A stretch of DNA of 64,000 bases from Octopus sinensis. Lineage: Eukaryota. Below are positions 1-11,070 of this stretch, in pieces. The number at the start of each line of letters is the position of its first letter. Positions within the stretch are counted from its first letter, which is position 1. The notes under the pieces are model-generated. The model was not told where the DNA came from, did no database searches, and worked only from the letters and a program-made list of their open reading frames with translations. The DNA is taken from the NCBI RefSeq assembly GCF_006345805.1, contig NC_043002.1, positions 8,184,001 to 8,248,000 of the forward strand, written 5' to 3'. The translations under genes were made by a program, and so were the position numbers.

Positions 1-719
1 AGAAAAATGGTTTCTTTTGACCAGGTACATACGAGGACTAATATTGTGGCAGATGGAGAATGGTATGCTTCATTGTATCATAAGGCGGCGAGCTGGCAGA
101 ATCATTAGCATGTCAGGCGAAATGCTTAGCAGTATTTCGTCTGCCGCTATGTTCTGAGTTCAAATTTCACCGAGGACGACTTTGCCTTTCATCCTTTCGG
201 GGTCGATTAAATAAGTACCAGTTACGCACTGGGGTCGATATAATCGACTTAATCCATTTGTCTGTCCCTGTTTGTCCTCTCTGTGTTTAGCCCCTTGTGG
301 GTAGTAAAGAAATAGGTATTTCGTCTGCCGCTGCGTTCTGAGTTCAAATTCCACCGAGGTCGACTTAGCCTTTCATCCTTTCGGGGTCGATTAAATAAGT
401 ACCAGTTACGCACTGTGGTCAATGTAATCGACTTAATACCTATGTCTGTCCTTGTTTGTCCCCTCTATGTTTAGCCCCTTGTGGGTAGTAAAGAAATAGG
501 TATGCTTCATTATGTTACTGATACTGAGAAGATGGAAGGGAAAATTTTTATACCAAAATACTCTAACTGTTTAGTCATCTTACCTATGAGGTACATTCCA
601 GAAGTTTTGAGACTGTTTCTAGGAGAGTTAAATGTCCTAGATTATTGTAATTTTAGTATATCATTACTCTACATGTAATAAGCTGGCCTGCCAGCTTTTT
701 TAATTCTTGATTGAAGGAT

Positions 720-1230
720 ATGGCTGAAAGAGCACTTTGAAGATACCCTTCTAAACACTGCTTATCACACCTGACTAGTTTGCTGAAAACAATCAGGACA
801 TGAAGGTAATTTAGAAGCTCGTTATGCAAATAAGTTTTGGATTAAACTGAGCAAAAACTCTACAGAAACTTATGAAATACTCCAGATTACTTATAGATTA
901 TCTTCTTTGAGACAAGCATCTGGTTCTTGCTGGCACCAGAGATTCAAGGACAGTAAAGAGGAGGTGAGAGACAACAAGAGGTGTGAGAGGGGGAACGATG
1001 TTGGAACATCAGAACTGATTGAGGAATTTCATAATTTTCTGGATGAAAGACTGTTGTGTGTCTATAAAGATGATAAGCATAGTGTGGGAAAATGTATATA
1101 GGATTATTTATGATTATTCGTACTTTTTGTTCCCAAGGTGCTCAGTGTTGGAGAGAAGGAAGAGAAGACGTGTTGGTGACAGCAGGAGATAGTTGAGATC
1201 ATTACCTCCAGTCCATGGGTACTTGTGTTT
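720..1230 (+). mobile_element. Degenerate mariner 5' region and transposase N-terminus
   Basis: EARYANKFWIKLSKNSTETYEILQ...WHQRFKDSKEEVRD resembles the mariner HTH consensus; downstream FVP.VL..RRV.DS remnants; multiple stops and frameshifts. Confidence 0.7.
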
Positions 1231-1834
1231 CTGTGGTAAAGGCGGACAAGAGAAACAACAATTAGAAGGACAGGCAAAAAGAGACGGGTCATTCTTGGCT
1301 TTCTTTCTTCAGTCAAGTACCAGAAGTCGAAAAAAATATAAATATAAATATATATATATATATAACCCTCGTGGCCGATGCCAGCCTCGCCTGGCACCAG
1401 TGCAGGTGGCGCGTAAAAAGCACCTACTACACTCTCGGAGTGGTTGGCGTTAGGAAGGGCATCCAGCTGTAGAAACTTTGCCAGATCAGACCGGAGCCTG
1501 GTGCAGCCTTCTGGCTTGCCAGATCCCCAGTCGAACCATCCAACCCATGCTAGCATGGAAAACGGATGTTAAACGATGATGATGATGATGATGATAAATA
1601 TATATAAATACAAATATATATAAATATAAATATATATATATATAAATAAATATAAATATATATATATATATATAACCCTAACATATATCATCATCATCAT
1701 CATCATTGTTTAACATCCGTTTTCCATGCTGGTATGGGTTTGACGGTTTGACTGAGGACTGGTGAGCCAGATGGCTGCACCGGCTCCAATCTGATCTGGC
1801 AGAGTTTCTACAGCTGGATGCCCTTCTTAATGGT

Positions 1835-1945
1835 TATGTTCGTACACATGCATCATACTGTCTACCTTTTACTCTGAGTGAGAGGCCCTTTGTCACCAGC
1901 AGAGGTAGGAGCTCCCTGAACTTTGCCCAGCCTATTCTTATACTG
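1835..1945 (-). mobile_element. Internal RTE fragment (RIGWAKFRELLPLLVTKGLSLRVKGR.YDACVRT)
   Basis: Same family as 24189-27123; retains CGA at the codon that is TGA in the two larger copies. Confidence 0.8.
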
Positions 1946-2191
1946 TACATTTAAACACAAAGGAGGCGACCCTAAACAGGACACCTTACACACCAGAAAG
2001 AACACTCAAAATTCAAACCACACCTAGCAAATTATTTTATTTGTTAATTAAAGTTTGAAACCTAGGTCTGGTAACAAATATGGTAAATGTTTTTATTTTT
2101 CAATCCCCTCAAACCATGGTTTGGATTTTGACTGTTCCTTCTAGCATGTAAAGTGTCCTGTTTAGGGTCCCCTCTTTTGTGCTTAAATGTA
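1946..2191. mobile_element. Tc1/mariner-type MITE
   Basis: TA-flanked TIRs of about 38 bp (CATTTAAACACAAAGGAGGCGACCCTAAACAGGACAC and its near reverse complement). Confidence 0.8.
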
Positions 2192-2213
2192 CACTAATTT
2201 TATATGAAAAATA

Positions 2214-2438
2214 TATTATTTACATTTGACAGATATTTGTCCTCATCTTGTTTGTTGTTAACGCGTTTCGGCCGATATACCCTCCAACCTTCATCAGATG
2301 TATTGGGAAATTTTCGAACTTCGGTTCTCATTCCGAAGGTATTTTTCGATGTTATTAATATTATTCAGGTCACTGCCTGGAATCGAACTTGGAATCTTGG
2401 GGTTAGTAGCCCGTGCTCTTAACCACTACACCATGGGC
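2214..2438 (-). mobile_element. tRNA-derived SINE with a hammerhead-like 3' region
   Basis: A box TGGTGTAGTGG and B box GTTCGATTCC in the head (2365-2438); CTGATGA-A-GGTTGG/TCGGCC-GAAACGCGTT at 2259-2297. Confidence 0.65.
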
Positions 2439-2799
2439 AATTATCAAGTAAATTTTAGGGCTTTCAAATCAAATATTTTTCTATCCTTCCTTAATACCAG
2501 TTCCCATATGCTACTCATATCTGCACTCTGTCTTCTCAGGAGGTTGTTGTGTCCTATCATATCTGCTGCTTCTTTTAGTTTTCGTATTTTTCAGTGGTGT
2601 TCTCTGTCTATTATTTTAACTTCATCCCACAGGGGGAGGTGGGCTCCATTTTTCCATACATGATCAACTGTACCTGATTTTCTGGAAACTACAGAACTAC
2701 ATGAACCGTACCCACATATATACACACACACACACACGAATGCATACTCTGTACCAACACACACAAAACGCATGTACATATATTCTCTTGAATAGCCGT

Positions 2800-3608
2800 A
2801 TTGAGTCATTCCATCTGTTGAACATAGAGTTCCGCGTTGACCGTTTGGCTCCGTTCAAGCAATTCGTAATGGATAATCCCTTCCCAGTCCCACCATATGC
2901 ACAACATTGTTTTACGCAGATGAAGATCTTGTTTCACGTACGGTGTCGCTTGTTTACCGGAGCTAAGCCATTCCTTACGCTGCTTCATATTGATGTACAG
3001 GCACCATTTTTCGTCGCCAGTAACGATTCGGTAAAGAAATCGTTGATTGTGTCCATGAGTGACAAGCAAGCAAACCAGTGGAGATCGTGGCTCGTTGAAT
3101 TTTGAACTCATGCTCCATACTTCTCAACCTTTCCCATCGAGTGAAGATGCTTCTCTATAGCAGTGTGAGAGCATTCCATTTTCTCTGCCAGTTTCCTTGT
3201 CGTTTGACGAGAATTTTCGTGCAAAAGTTGGTTTAATCACTCTTCATCGAACTCAACTGGATGGCCAGAACGAGGTGTATCTTTGAGTTCAAAATTTCCA
3301 TTTTTGAACTTTGCATACCAATCACGAGTGGTTCTTTCAGCTATGGCACTCTCTCCATTCACAGCACAAATGTGGCGAGCAGCTTTTGCGGCCTTAGAAC
3401 CTTGATTAAAAGCAAAAAGAAGGAGGTGTCGAAAATGCTTGTTTTTCTTAACTTCGCATTCCATTTTAACGATTTGAAGATAGACAAAAATTAACTAAAA
3501 ATAACTAGAAAAAAAAAATAGATTCCAAAATGATTCAAAATAGAATTCTCGAAAAATATAGATTCCAAAATTTTAAAAAACAGCGGGAACTTAGTTGCCA
3601 ACCCAATA
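2800..3608 (-). mobile_element. 3'-truncated mariner (mellifera-like TIR), defective transposase
   Basis: TA + TTGGGTTGGCAACTAAGTTCCC terminus at 3585-3608; HFRHLLLFAFNQG...WYAKFKNGNFELKDTPRSG; IVTGDEKWCLY (first catalytic Asp); KTMLCIWWDWEGIIHYELL. Confidence 0.9.
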
Positions 3609-3780
3609 CCTTACTGGCTGATATTTCTAGTCTCTCAGCCACATGCAGCTGCAGGTATGCCAAGTTCATATCAACGATTGTGGAGGACCCTGTCATCTGC
3701 TTCCACTCTCTCAAGGTTTTGCTGCAAATGTTCGTGGCTTCACCGCCTGTTTGGTACAATACGTGGTCGCTCAGCTCTCA

Positions 3781-4178
3781 GATCTTTTCGCTTTGACCGA
3801 CAGTTTTTTAAAATAATTTCCACGTAACTAAACACTTTTAAACTTCGTATACTGGCAGAATGTGTTTATAAAACATCTTTTTCTCTTGGCTTTATTGAGA
3901 AAATTCTATAGTTTGTAAGATATTTTCTTCAATTTCAACCAATCAATGACGTCTATTGAGGTGAAAACATTCTCTGCCGTATGAAAATGTCCCTCGTTTA
4001 AGAAACAGATTGGGTTTATTTACATTTGTGAAGAAAAAAAAGATACTCTTCCCCCCACTCCTAACCCTAACCCTAAAACAGATTGAAATGCAATAGATCG
4101 ATACTAGGGTCATAATTATGGGTGACAATTTCATATGACACCGCAAGAAAAAACTGCCGTTCAAACCGAAAAGATCCC
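3781..4178. mobile_element. MITE with GGATCTTTTCG termini; further copies at 5563-5975 and a deleted copy at 7495-7592
   Basis: Terminal inverted repeats GATCTTTTCG..TTTGA..G.CAGTTTTT; near-identical internal sequence in the two long copies. Confidence 0.8.
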
Positions 4179-4740
4179 AGCACCATTCCACTGTCCACTG
4201 CCGGCCGCCAAACACAGCCCGAAAATCTTTGTCTGTAATGGTGTCAGCTGTCACCACTTTCCTGTCGCAGACTCACACCCCCACATCACCGAACGTTACA
4301 CCGGCTTCATTGACTGTGTGACACCTCCCCCAAACGGACAATCCCCATCACCACATCGACTCCGTCCACCACACCACAGTCGATCACGATCGCGTGTAAC
4401 GGCAATCTCGTTCCACCATCTCCATCCTCTGCATTCAACTTCCGTACCGTCAACAGCCTTTACACCACTCACTCCACTCCATCCTTCCACCAACTCCAGA
4501 GTCATTAGGGTTGTTGAGCAGCCGGGGTCCACGAAGGATCGTGACACCTTTCCGTTCACCATGACATCTATTACTGGCAATCACTGTATCCATGCCTCTA
4601 TTCTCTTGGCGGGACTACTAGCGGAGTAGTCTCCCTTAGACCGTTTCCCTGAACGCATTCACTAGTGATGAGGCCTGTTTGTTTGCATCGATAGCAAATT
4701 ACTCCAGGCATGGGTTCTTTGCATTCCCTAACTATGTGCA

Positions 4741-5069
4741 GTGAGGGCGCGTGGCTTAGTGGTTAGGGCATTCGGCTCATGATCGTAAGGTTGTGAGTTC
4801 GATTCCCGGCGACGCGTTGTGTCCTTGAGCAAGACACTTTATTTCACGTTGCTCCAGTCCACTCAGCTGGCAAAAATAAGTTGTACTTGTATTTCAAAGG
4901 GTCAGCCTTGTCACTCTCTGTGTCACGCTGATTATCCCCGAGAACTACGTTAAGGGTACACGTGTCTGTGGAATGCTCAGCCATTTGCACGTTAATTTCA
5001 CGAGCAAGCTGTTCCGTTGATCGTATCAGCTGGGACCCTCGTCGTCGTAACCGGCGGAGTCTTTTTAAG
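4741..5069 (+). mobile_element. tRNA-derived SINE with 11-bp TSD (AACTATGTGCA)
   Basis: A box TGGCTTAGTGG, B box GTTCGATTCC; TSD at 4730-4740 and 5070-5080. Confidence 0.9.
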
Positions 5070-5246
5070 AACTATGTGCAAACCCTGACACCGAAAACAC
5101 TGCCCTTTGAAGGGTCACACACGTTCCTTGTTCTACCCCCCTCTCCACCGTTTTTTGTTTGATCCCTTCTCGTTATTGCAGTCACTGCTAAAGGTGTCGT
5201 CCTGCAACACGAGACAAGGACCCTGGCCCAAGGTATTACCTCTCCC

Positions 5247-5464
5247 AAGGCGAGCTGGCAGAAACGTTAGCACACCGGGCGAAATGCTTAGCGGTATTTC
5301 GTCTGCATTACGTTGTGAGTTCAAACTCCGCCGAGGTCGACTATGCCTTTCATCCTTTCGGGGTCGATAAATTAAGTACCAGTTACGCACTGAGGTCGAT
5401 GTAATCGACTTAATACCTATGTCTGTCCCCTCTGAGTTTAGCCCCTTGTGGGTAATAAAGAAAT
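5247..5464 (+). mobile_element. SINE family GGCGAGCTGGCAGAA...TAAAGAAATAG, 16-bp TSD; other copies 84-498 (dimer), 23740-24110, 44415-44831 (dimer), 45515-45745, 47358-47590, 51245-51478
   Basis: TSD AGGTATTACCTCTCCC at 5231-5246 and 5465-5480; degenerate B box GAGTTCAAATTCC; TSDs are also visible at the other loci. Confidence 0.9.
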
Positions 5465-6439
5465 AGGTATTACCTCTCCCATCGCCATAGAGTGAATAAT
5501 CGGCAGTTTTTGCAGTTCGACAGACACATGGTCAGGAAATCCTCTCACAAATGATCCATGCTGGATCGTTTCGGTTTGACGGGCAATTTTTAAAAATAAT
5601 TTCCACGTAACTAAACACTTTTAAACTTCGTATACTGGTAGAATGTGTTTATAAAACATCTTTTTCTCTTGACTTTATTGAGAAAATTCTATAGTTTGTA
5701 AGATATTTGTTTTTTTCTTCAATTTCTGCAATTTCAACCAATCACTGACGTCTATTGAGGTGAAAACATTCTCTGCCGTATGAAAATGTCCCTCGTTTAA
5801 GAAACATATTGGGTTTATTTACATTTGTGAAGAAAAAAAGATACCCTTCCCCCTAACTAACCCTAACCCTAAAAGAGATTGAAATGCAATAGATCGATAC
5901 TGGGGTCATAATTATGGGTGACAATTTCATATGACACCGCTAGAAAAAAACTGCCGTTCAAACCGAAAAGATCCCAAAAATAAACTTTCGTGGGTGCGTA
6001 AATTACATGAGTAGATTGTTTCCAGAACTATTTAGAAATATTTTTTGTAGAAAAATGACACAAATGTAAACATTCGTACAAAAATTTGAGTCATTTAATG
6101 TCAGAATAGGTTTTTACAGAAAAAATATAATGAAGTTGACTTTTATTTATGCTGAACGGTATAACGCTTACTTTTTCTGTATAAATTTACTTAAACCATT
6201 AAATGGTCAACTAGTAAAAAGTGGAAATTTTACCGGTGAGTGTGTTGAATTATAAAGCACAAAAAGAAAATGACTTTCCTCAGACACAACAGAATATGCT
6301 TCAACATACGAACTCATATAAAGAATCTTGCAAACCAAATACCAAAGCGAAATACTTTTTTAAGTTTGACATTCATGCTGGTAATCACGGTCTGGGCCAT
6401 ATTTTACATTGCTTGGAGTTTCTATCTATCACAATAGAG

Positions 6440-6970
6440 TTTCATCATTCTTGTGGCTATGGCGAAAGAATGTATCTGGTGGACGCGTCTGAAAGGATTG
6501 GAGACAAACACTTTCCTCTCTGGTAAATCTCTCATCAACTTCTTCAAGTATCACTTGAAAAGGAAAGAGAGAGTAGAGAGGCAAGTCTTGTCTTGCGAAT
6601 GTTTCAAAAAAGATGGGTGAATGTAGCAAGGATGGCACGTATGAATGACGAAGCCACCTTGAGCATAATCCTATGAACCTGGAAACATTTAAAACAGAGG
6701 GTTACCTACTTGCAAACAAATGTGGTAACATGTAACATTATTGACCGAGGTTACCGTGGTCTTTTCCGTAGGCTTTTCTTCCCACGGATAAACCTTACTT
6801 GCTTTCCCCTTTACTCCGTACATCATGACACTGTGATACACGATCCCTATTGATCGTTTTTTTCCCCTTTTTTTTCTTCTTTCCCTTTTTGATCGAAAAC
6901 CTACCCCCACCCTTTTTTTTTCTCTCCCCAAAGAACTTTGTAATCTGTCCCGTCTGTATGGCTAATAAAG
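6440..6970 (+). mobile_element. Tx1/L1-clade LINE 3' end
   Basis: AMAKECIWWTRLKGLETNTFLSGKSLINFFKYHLKRKERVERQVLS...RWVNVARM, then a 3' UTR with pyrimidine tract and AATAAA at 6964. Confidence 0.65.
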
Positions 6971-6978
6971 AAACATAT

Positions 6979-7494
6979 TACTGGCAATCACTGTATCCAT
7001 GCCTCCATTCTCTTGGCGGGACTACTAGCGGAGTAGTCTCCCTTAGACCGTTTGTCTGAACGCATTCACTGATGCTGTGGCCTGCTGTCTATCTACATCG
7101 ATAGCAAATTACTCCAGGCCTGGTTCTTTGCAGTCTCTAACCATGTGCAAACCCTGACACCGAAAACACTGCCCTTTGAAGGGTCACACACGTTCCTTGT
7201 TCGCCCCCCCCCCGTTTTTTGTTTGATCCCTTCTTTTGTTACAGTCACTGCTAAACGTGTCGTCCTGCAACACGAGACAATGACTCTGGCCCCAAGGTAT
7301 TATCTCTCCCATCGCCATAGAGTGAATAATCGGCAGTTTTTGCAGTTCGACAGACACATGGTCAGGAAATCCTGTCACAAATGCTAATTTAACTGTTTAT
7401 TCCAACACGTCATTCCTGTATCCCACTCACAACTGTCCTACTGCCGTAACCGTCTAACACATCTGCTCTCAGATGCTGTCCACCGCCAACTGAC
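6979..7494 (-). mobile_element. Second gag fragment of the same Gypsy family
   Basis: About 400 bp homologous to 4571-5553 once the SINEs are removed; VKLAFVTGFPDHVSVELQ, CFRCQGLHMVRDC, CYRC..GH....C. Confidence 0.75.
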
Positions 7495-7786
7495 GGATCT
7501 TTTCGCTTTGGCCGGCAGATTTTTAAAATAATTTCTTTGTAACTAAACACTTTTAAACTTTAAAAATCTGCCAGTCAAAGCGAAAAGATCCCTGAGTACT
7601 GGAGTCGATCGAATCAACTTGCCCCCTCCCCCAAAATTTCGAACCTTGTGCCTAGAATAGAAAAGAATTTGGAACGTCAGATAATTCATTCGTTTCGTAT
7701 TTACACGAATTTATACGGAGGAATTCTGACAGTTGTTCACTTTTTGGTTGCTTACTTTTTTAATCACCACATTTTTTTCTCCATAC

Positions 7787-7799
7787 CTTCTTTTGTCAT
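7787..7799 (-). other. Candidate first coding micro-exon (ATG ACA AAA GAA G, MTKE) of a divergent gene
   Basis: ATG followed by AG|GTATGG donor about 200 bp from the promoter cluster; no downstream exon identified in the window. Confidence 0.2.
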
Positions 7800-8004
7800 T
7801 AATATGTTGTGACAGAAAAACTCAAATAGTATTATTATAGTAGAAGATTAAATAAGCAAGAAGAAACACACACTTTTAATGATAAGAAAAAAAGGCAATG
7901 GAAATTTTTGGATGACACATATCACACACAAATAGCAAAAGAAGCTGTAGACACGAATCCAAGAACAAACAATATTTACTAAATAGAAATGGAAAACAAA
8001 ACAC

Positions 8005-8110
8005 ATGAGGGCTTTCGCGCCTGCGCACAAACTGTTTCTCCGGTTATGGAGACTTCCGTCCGGGTAGGAGCAAGCGTGGAGGAGGTGGTTGCGCATGCGT
8101 TACCGGAAAA
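8005..8110. promoter_or_regulatory. CpG-rich housekeeping-type (possibly bidirectional) promoter cluster
   Basis: GCGCCTGCGC (8017-8026) and TGCGCATGCG (8090-8099) are NRF1-like; ACTTCCG (8052-8058) and CCGGAA (8103-8108) are ETS-like; local CpG retention about 520 bp upstream of the PSMG2 ATG. Confidence 0.55.
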
Positions 8111-8143
8111 ACAATAGTAAACATTAATGAAAAGACCAAACAA

Positions 8144-8416
8144 AGGTACTACTAACGAACAGTGGTCCCGGCGTTCGCACGCGCACCAGCTAGTCATGAC
8201 TAGTCGATCCTTTGTGTTGTGTGTTATTTATTTTGTTTAACAAAAATCCTTTACTTTGTGTTTTTGTGTGTTATATTCTTTGTTTAATAAAAATTATTTA
8301 TTTATTTTGTGTTTTATTTACTTTGCTAGGTAGTCGTTGTAGGATCGACTAGTCACGACTAGCTAGCACGGATACGTGAGTGCGCGCACCGGGACCACTG
8401 TTCGCTAGTAGTACCT
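8144..8416. mobile_element. Inverted-repeat (MITE-like) element in the PSMG2 promoter
   Basis: About 68-bp arms: AGGTACTACTAACGAACAGTGGTCCCGG...CTAGTCGATCCT versus AGGATCGACTAG...CCGGGACCACTGTTCGCTAGTAGTACCT, with a T-rich spacer; no clear TSD. Confidence 0.7.
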
Positions 8417-8625
8417 CATTTTTTTTTTAGTTAATAGAAATAACGATATTTATTTTGTGTAATTTCAAATACCTATTTTATAATTAATCAATTAGTTTAG
8501 CAGGTGCTTCAACTGAATTAAAATAAAAAGTCGTTCGTCTCAAGCTCCTCAACCACAATAATAACCAGCTGAGCCGCTTCCTTGTTGCTCTGTAGTTTGC
8601 TCGGTCATTCTGCCAATGTGTCGCA

Positions 8626-8706
8626 ATGTTTTACTTCCCAGCTGAAGCTTCTTTATCAGAAGAAAAACAGAAATCGAAAGACTGGTCCGGCTATTCCCTT
8701 ATTGTG
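8626..8706 (+). CDS. PSMG2: Proteasome assembly chaperone 2, coding exon 1 (MFYFPAEASLSEEKQKSKDWSGYSLIV)
   Basis: ATG at 8626, donor GTGAGT at 8707, phase 0; joins in frame to the AAVSVGNVGQL exon; resembles the PAC2 N-terminus (D.sGftLi.PAVSVGNVGQL). Confidence 0.85.
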
Positions 8707-10236
8707 GTGAGTTATAACAACAGATAATACGGGATAATTAAGTTTACAATTAAGAATACTCGTCCCGTAGTATTCCAGCAACTTTGTTTAGTGTCTTAAT
8801 TACAAACTAATATTTCTTTTCACTTTGCGTCTTTACCATTTTCTCTTTCCCAGCACCGGAATCAATTTCTTACGGAGATCATACAGAAAAATCAGTATAT
8901 GAATGTTGCAAAAATAGTGTTAATGATGATATTTCTTTCTCCCGTTTCTAATTTATTAAAATTATGTTTTATTGTGTCTGGGAAGAGTCATTCTCTTTTT
9001 AGCCCTGTTAATATAACACACACACCGATCCGATTTCCACTCATTTATTTAAGAGAATGACCCTCCCCTGACACAATGAAATATGCTTCAACACACGAAT
9101 TCAAGTAAAGAATTTTGCAAACCAAATACAAAAACGAAATACAATTATTTTCTCGAATTTTAAATCAAATTTTCACTGAAGCCTCACTTGATAATGTAAA
9201 GTTGTCATTACGGTATCTTTGTTCCATACTCTTGAAAATAGCTAAAACAAAGAAAGGTTGTGATGTTTTGTTTTAATTTCAATTTCTATTCATAGTGGGT
9301 GCTTTTACGTGCCAGTCGGGCGGCACTGGCAACGACCTCGTTCGAATCTTTTACACACGCCACCGGCACAGGTGCCTGTAGGCGATGCTGGTAACGATCC
9401 CGCTCGGATGGTGTCTTTTACGTGCCACCTGCACGGAGGCCAGATAGCCGCTCTGGCAACGATCACGCTCGGATGGCGCACTTTGGGTATAATAGCAGTC
9501 ACCCTACATAGCTTGTGTGACATTGATTCAACATGCAGTCTTTCTGTGATAATTATACCTGCACATCAAGTACAATTGGTTTTGAAAGATTCCTCATCTA
9601 AATTGTATATCTCTACAAGCAACAGGCAATACAGTGACAGAAATATTTTTTTAAAAAGTATTATTTATTATGATTCTTCTTATATTCATCATCATCGTTT
9701 AATGTCCGTTTTCCATGATAGCATGGGTTGGACGGTTCGACTGGGGTCTGGGAAGCCAGGAGGCTGCACAAGGTCCAGTCTGATCTGGCAGAGTTTCTAC
9801 AGCTGGATGCCCTTCCTAACGCCAACCACTCCGTGAGTGTAGTGGGTGCTTTTTACGTGCCACCAGCACAGGTGCCAGGCGAGGCTGGCAACATCCACGA
9901 TCGGTTGGTGCTTTTTATGTGCCACTGGCAAGGAGGCCGGTCGAGGTGACGCTGGCAATGGCCACGTTCGGATGGTTCTTTTATGTGCCACCGGCATGTT
10001 TATTATTGCTATTTATAAATTAAAATACTGTTTAAACCTGATCAAATATATTGTCACAAATTTTTTTTTTTAACATAATTACATGTAGTATTTCAGTTGA
10101 AACAAAAGTAACATTGAACTTATGAATATTTGGACTTAAAAATTCTAGGATCCTATCTTGTTCATAAGCAGGGGAGTACCAGTAATTAAATGTTGTAAAC
10201 CAAGCTAAATTTTGGTAATTTTTTTGGTTATTTCAG

Positions 10237-10408
10237 GCTGCAGTATCAGTGGGTAATGTTGGTCAGCTAACAACAGACTTAGTTGTTTCAACTTTAGAAA
10301 TGACTAAAGTTGGATATATTTATGATGAAAGCCTTTTACCCGTAGTCGGTAACCATCCTTACTCTGCAGTTAACAGTTCTTCCTGTTCATTAATGACAGG
10401 CTGTGAAG
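10237..10408 (+). CDS. PSMG2: PSMG2 exon 2 (AAVSVGNVGQLTTDLVVSTLEMTKVGYIYDESLLPVVGNHPY...GCE)
   Basis: TTTCAG acceptor, GTAATG donor, 172 nt; contains the PAC2 signature AVSVGNVGQLxxDL and the LPxVGNxPY motif. Confidence 0.96.
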
Positions 10409-10804
10409 GTAATGTTTTCATTCTCATATCTTGTTGGAATCATATTTGTTTCTTAAGTCCTCCCTGTTTGATAATGTACCAGTGCCACTGAGTCGACTCT
10501 CTCCCTTTGCTCTTCAAAAATGTTTTAAAAACCCTATTTTTCAGGAAAGGAAACTATTATTGTTATCCAGTGAATGGCATTGATCTTTATGTATAAAATA
10601 TAATTGGTAGTGGTGTAGACATTTTGTGCTTAACTCCAAGTGTTGCAGTCACTGGTGGGTAGTGGGCTTGTACAACTGGGATCTTGTTTTAGCATATTTT
10701 AAATAAGAATTTTCTAGCAATCATTCAATAGTTCAGTATAAGATGTAAAAATGTATGGCGCAATGGTAGTTCAAGGAATGCAAAGATGGTAGATCAGATC
10801 TTCA

Positions 10805-11070
10805 ATTCAATTCAATTTTTATTGCTCAAAAAGCAAAAGCAAGGCCATGTAGGGGGACAGGGACGGTGGTCATACAAAGAGTTCAGGCCATTTCTGGTCA
10901 AGAGAGACTTTGAACCAAGCGGTCGTCGGCATCTTCACTATCTCGTCTGGCAGCTTATTCCACGGATTCACAACCCGGACGGAGAAAGCCCCTCTCCTTT
11001 GATTGAGATGAAATCATCGTAGATAGAGCTTTTCGGAGGGACCTGAAAAGCTCTTAGTGATCTTAAAAGG
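10805..11070 (-). mobile_element. CR1-type LINE 3' end
   Basis: FSVRVVNPWNKLPDEIV...FKVSLD followed by an (AATTG)n tail. Confidence 0.8.

Larger units (their letters stand above)
4180..5553 (-). mobile_element. Gypsy-like LTR retrotransposon fragment (gag zinc knuckles + aspartic protease) with two SINE insertions
   Basis: LPVIDVMVNGKVSRSFVDPGCSTTL (retropepsin D[S/T]G site degenerated to DPG); CFRCQGLHMVRDC knuckle. Confidence 0.75.

Noticed and set aside
560-790. Apparent minus-strand exon (KLVRCDKQCLEGYLQSALS...)
   Set aside because: Its right part is the antisense of the mariner 5' region leading into the transposase at about 800; phase is incompatible with the MTKE micro-exon.
2365-4815. 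tRNA-like sequences with A/B boxes (also 40790-41110, 54745-54815)
   Set aside because: No complete cloverleaf or acceptor stem; each continues into a SINE body, some with TSDs.
6429-6638. 69-aa minus ORF with a strong-looking acceptor
   Set aside because: It is the antisense of a Tx1/L1 ORF2 C-terminus that reads sensibly on +.
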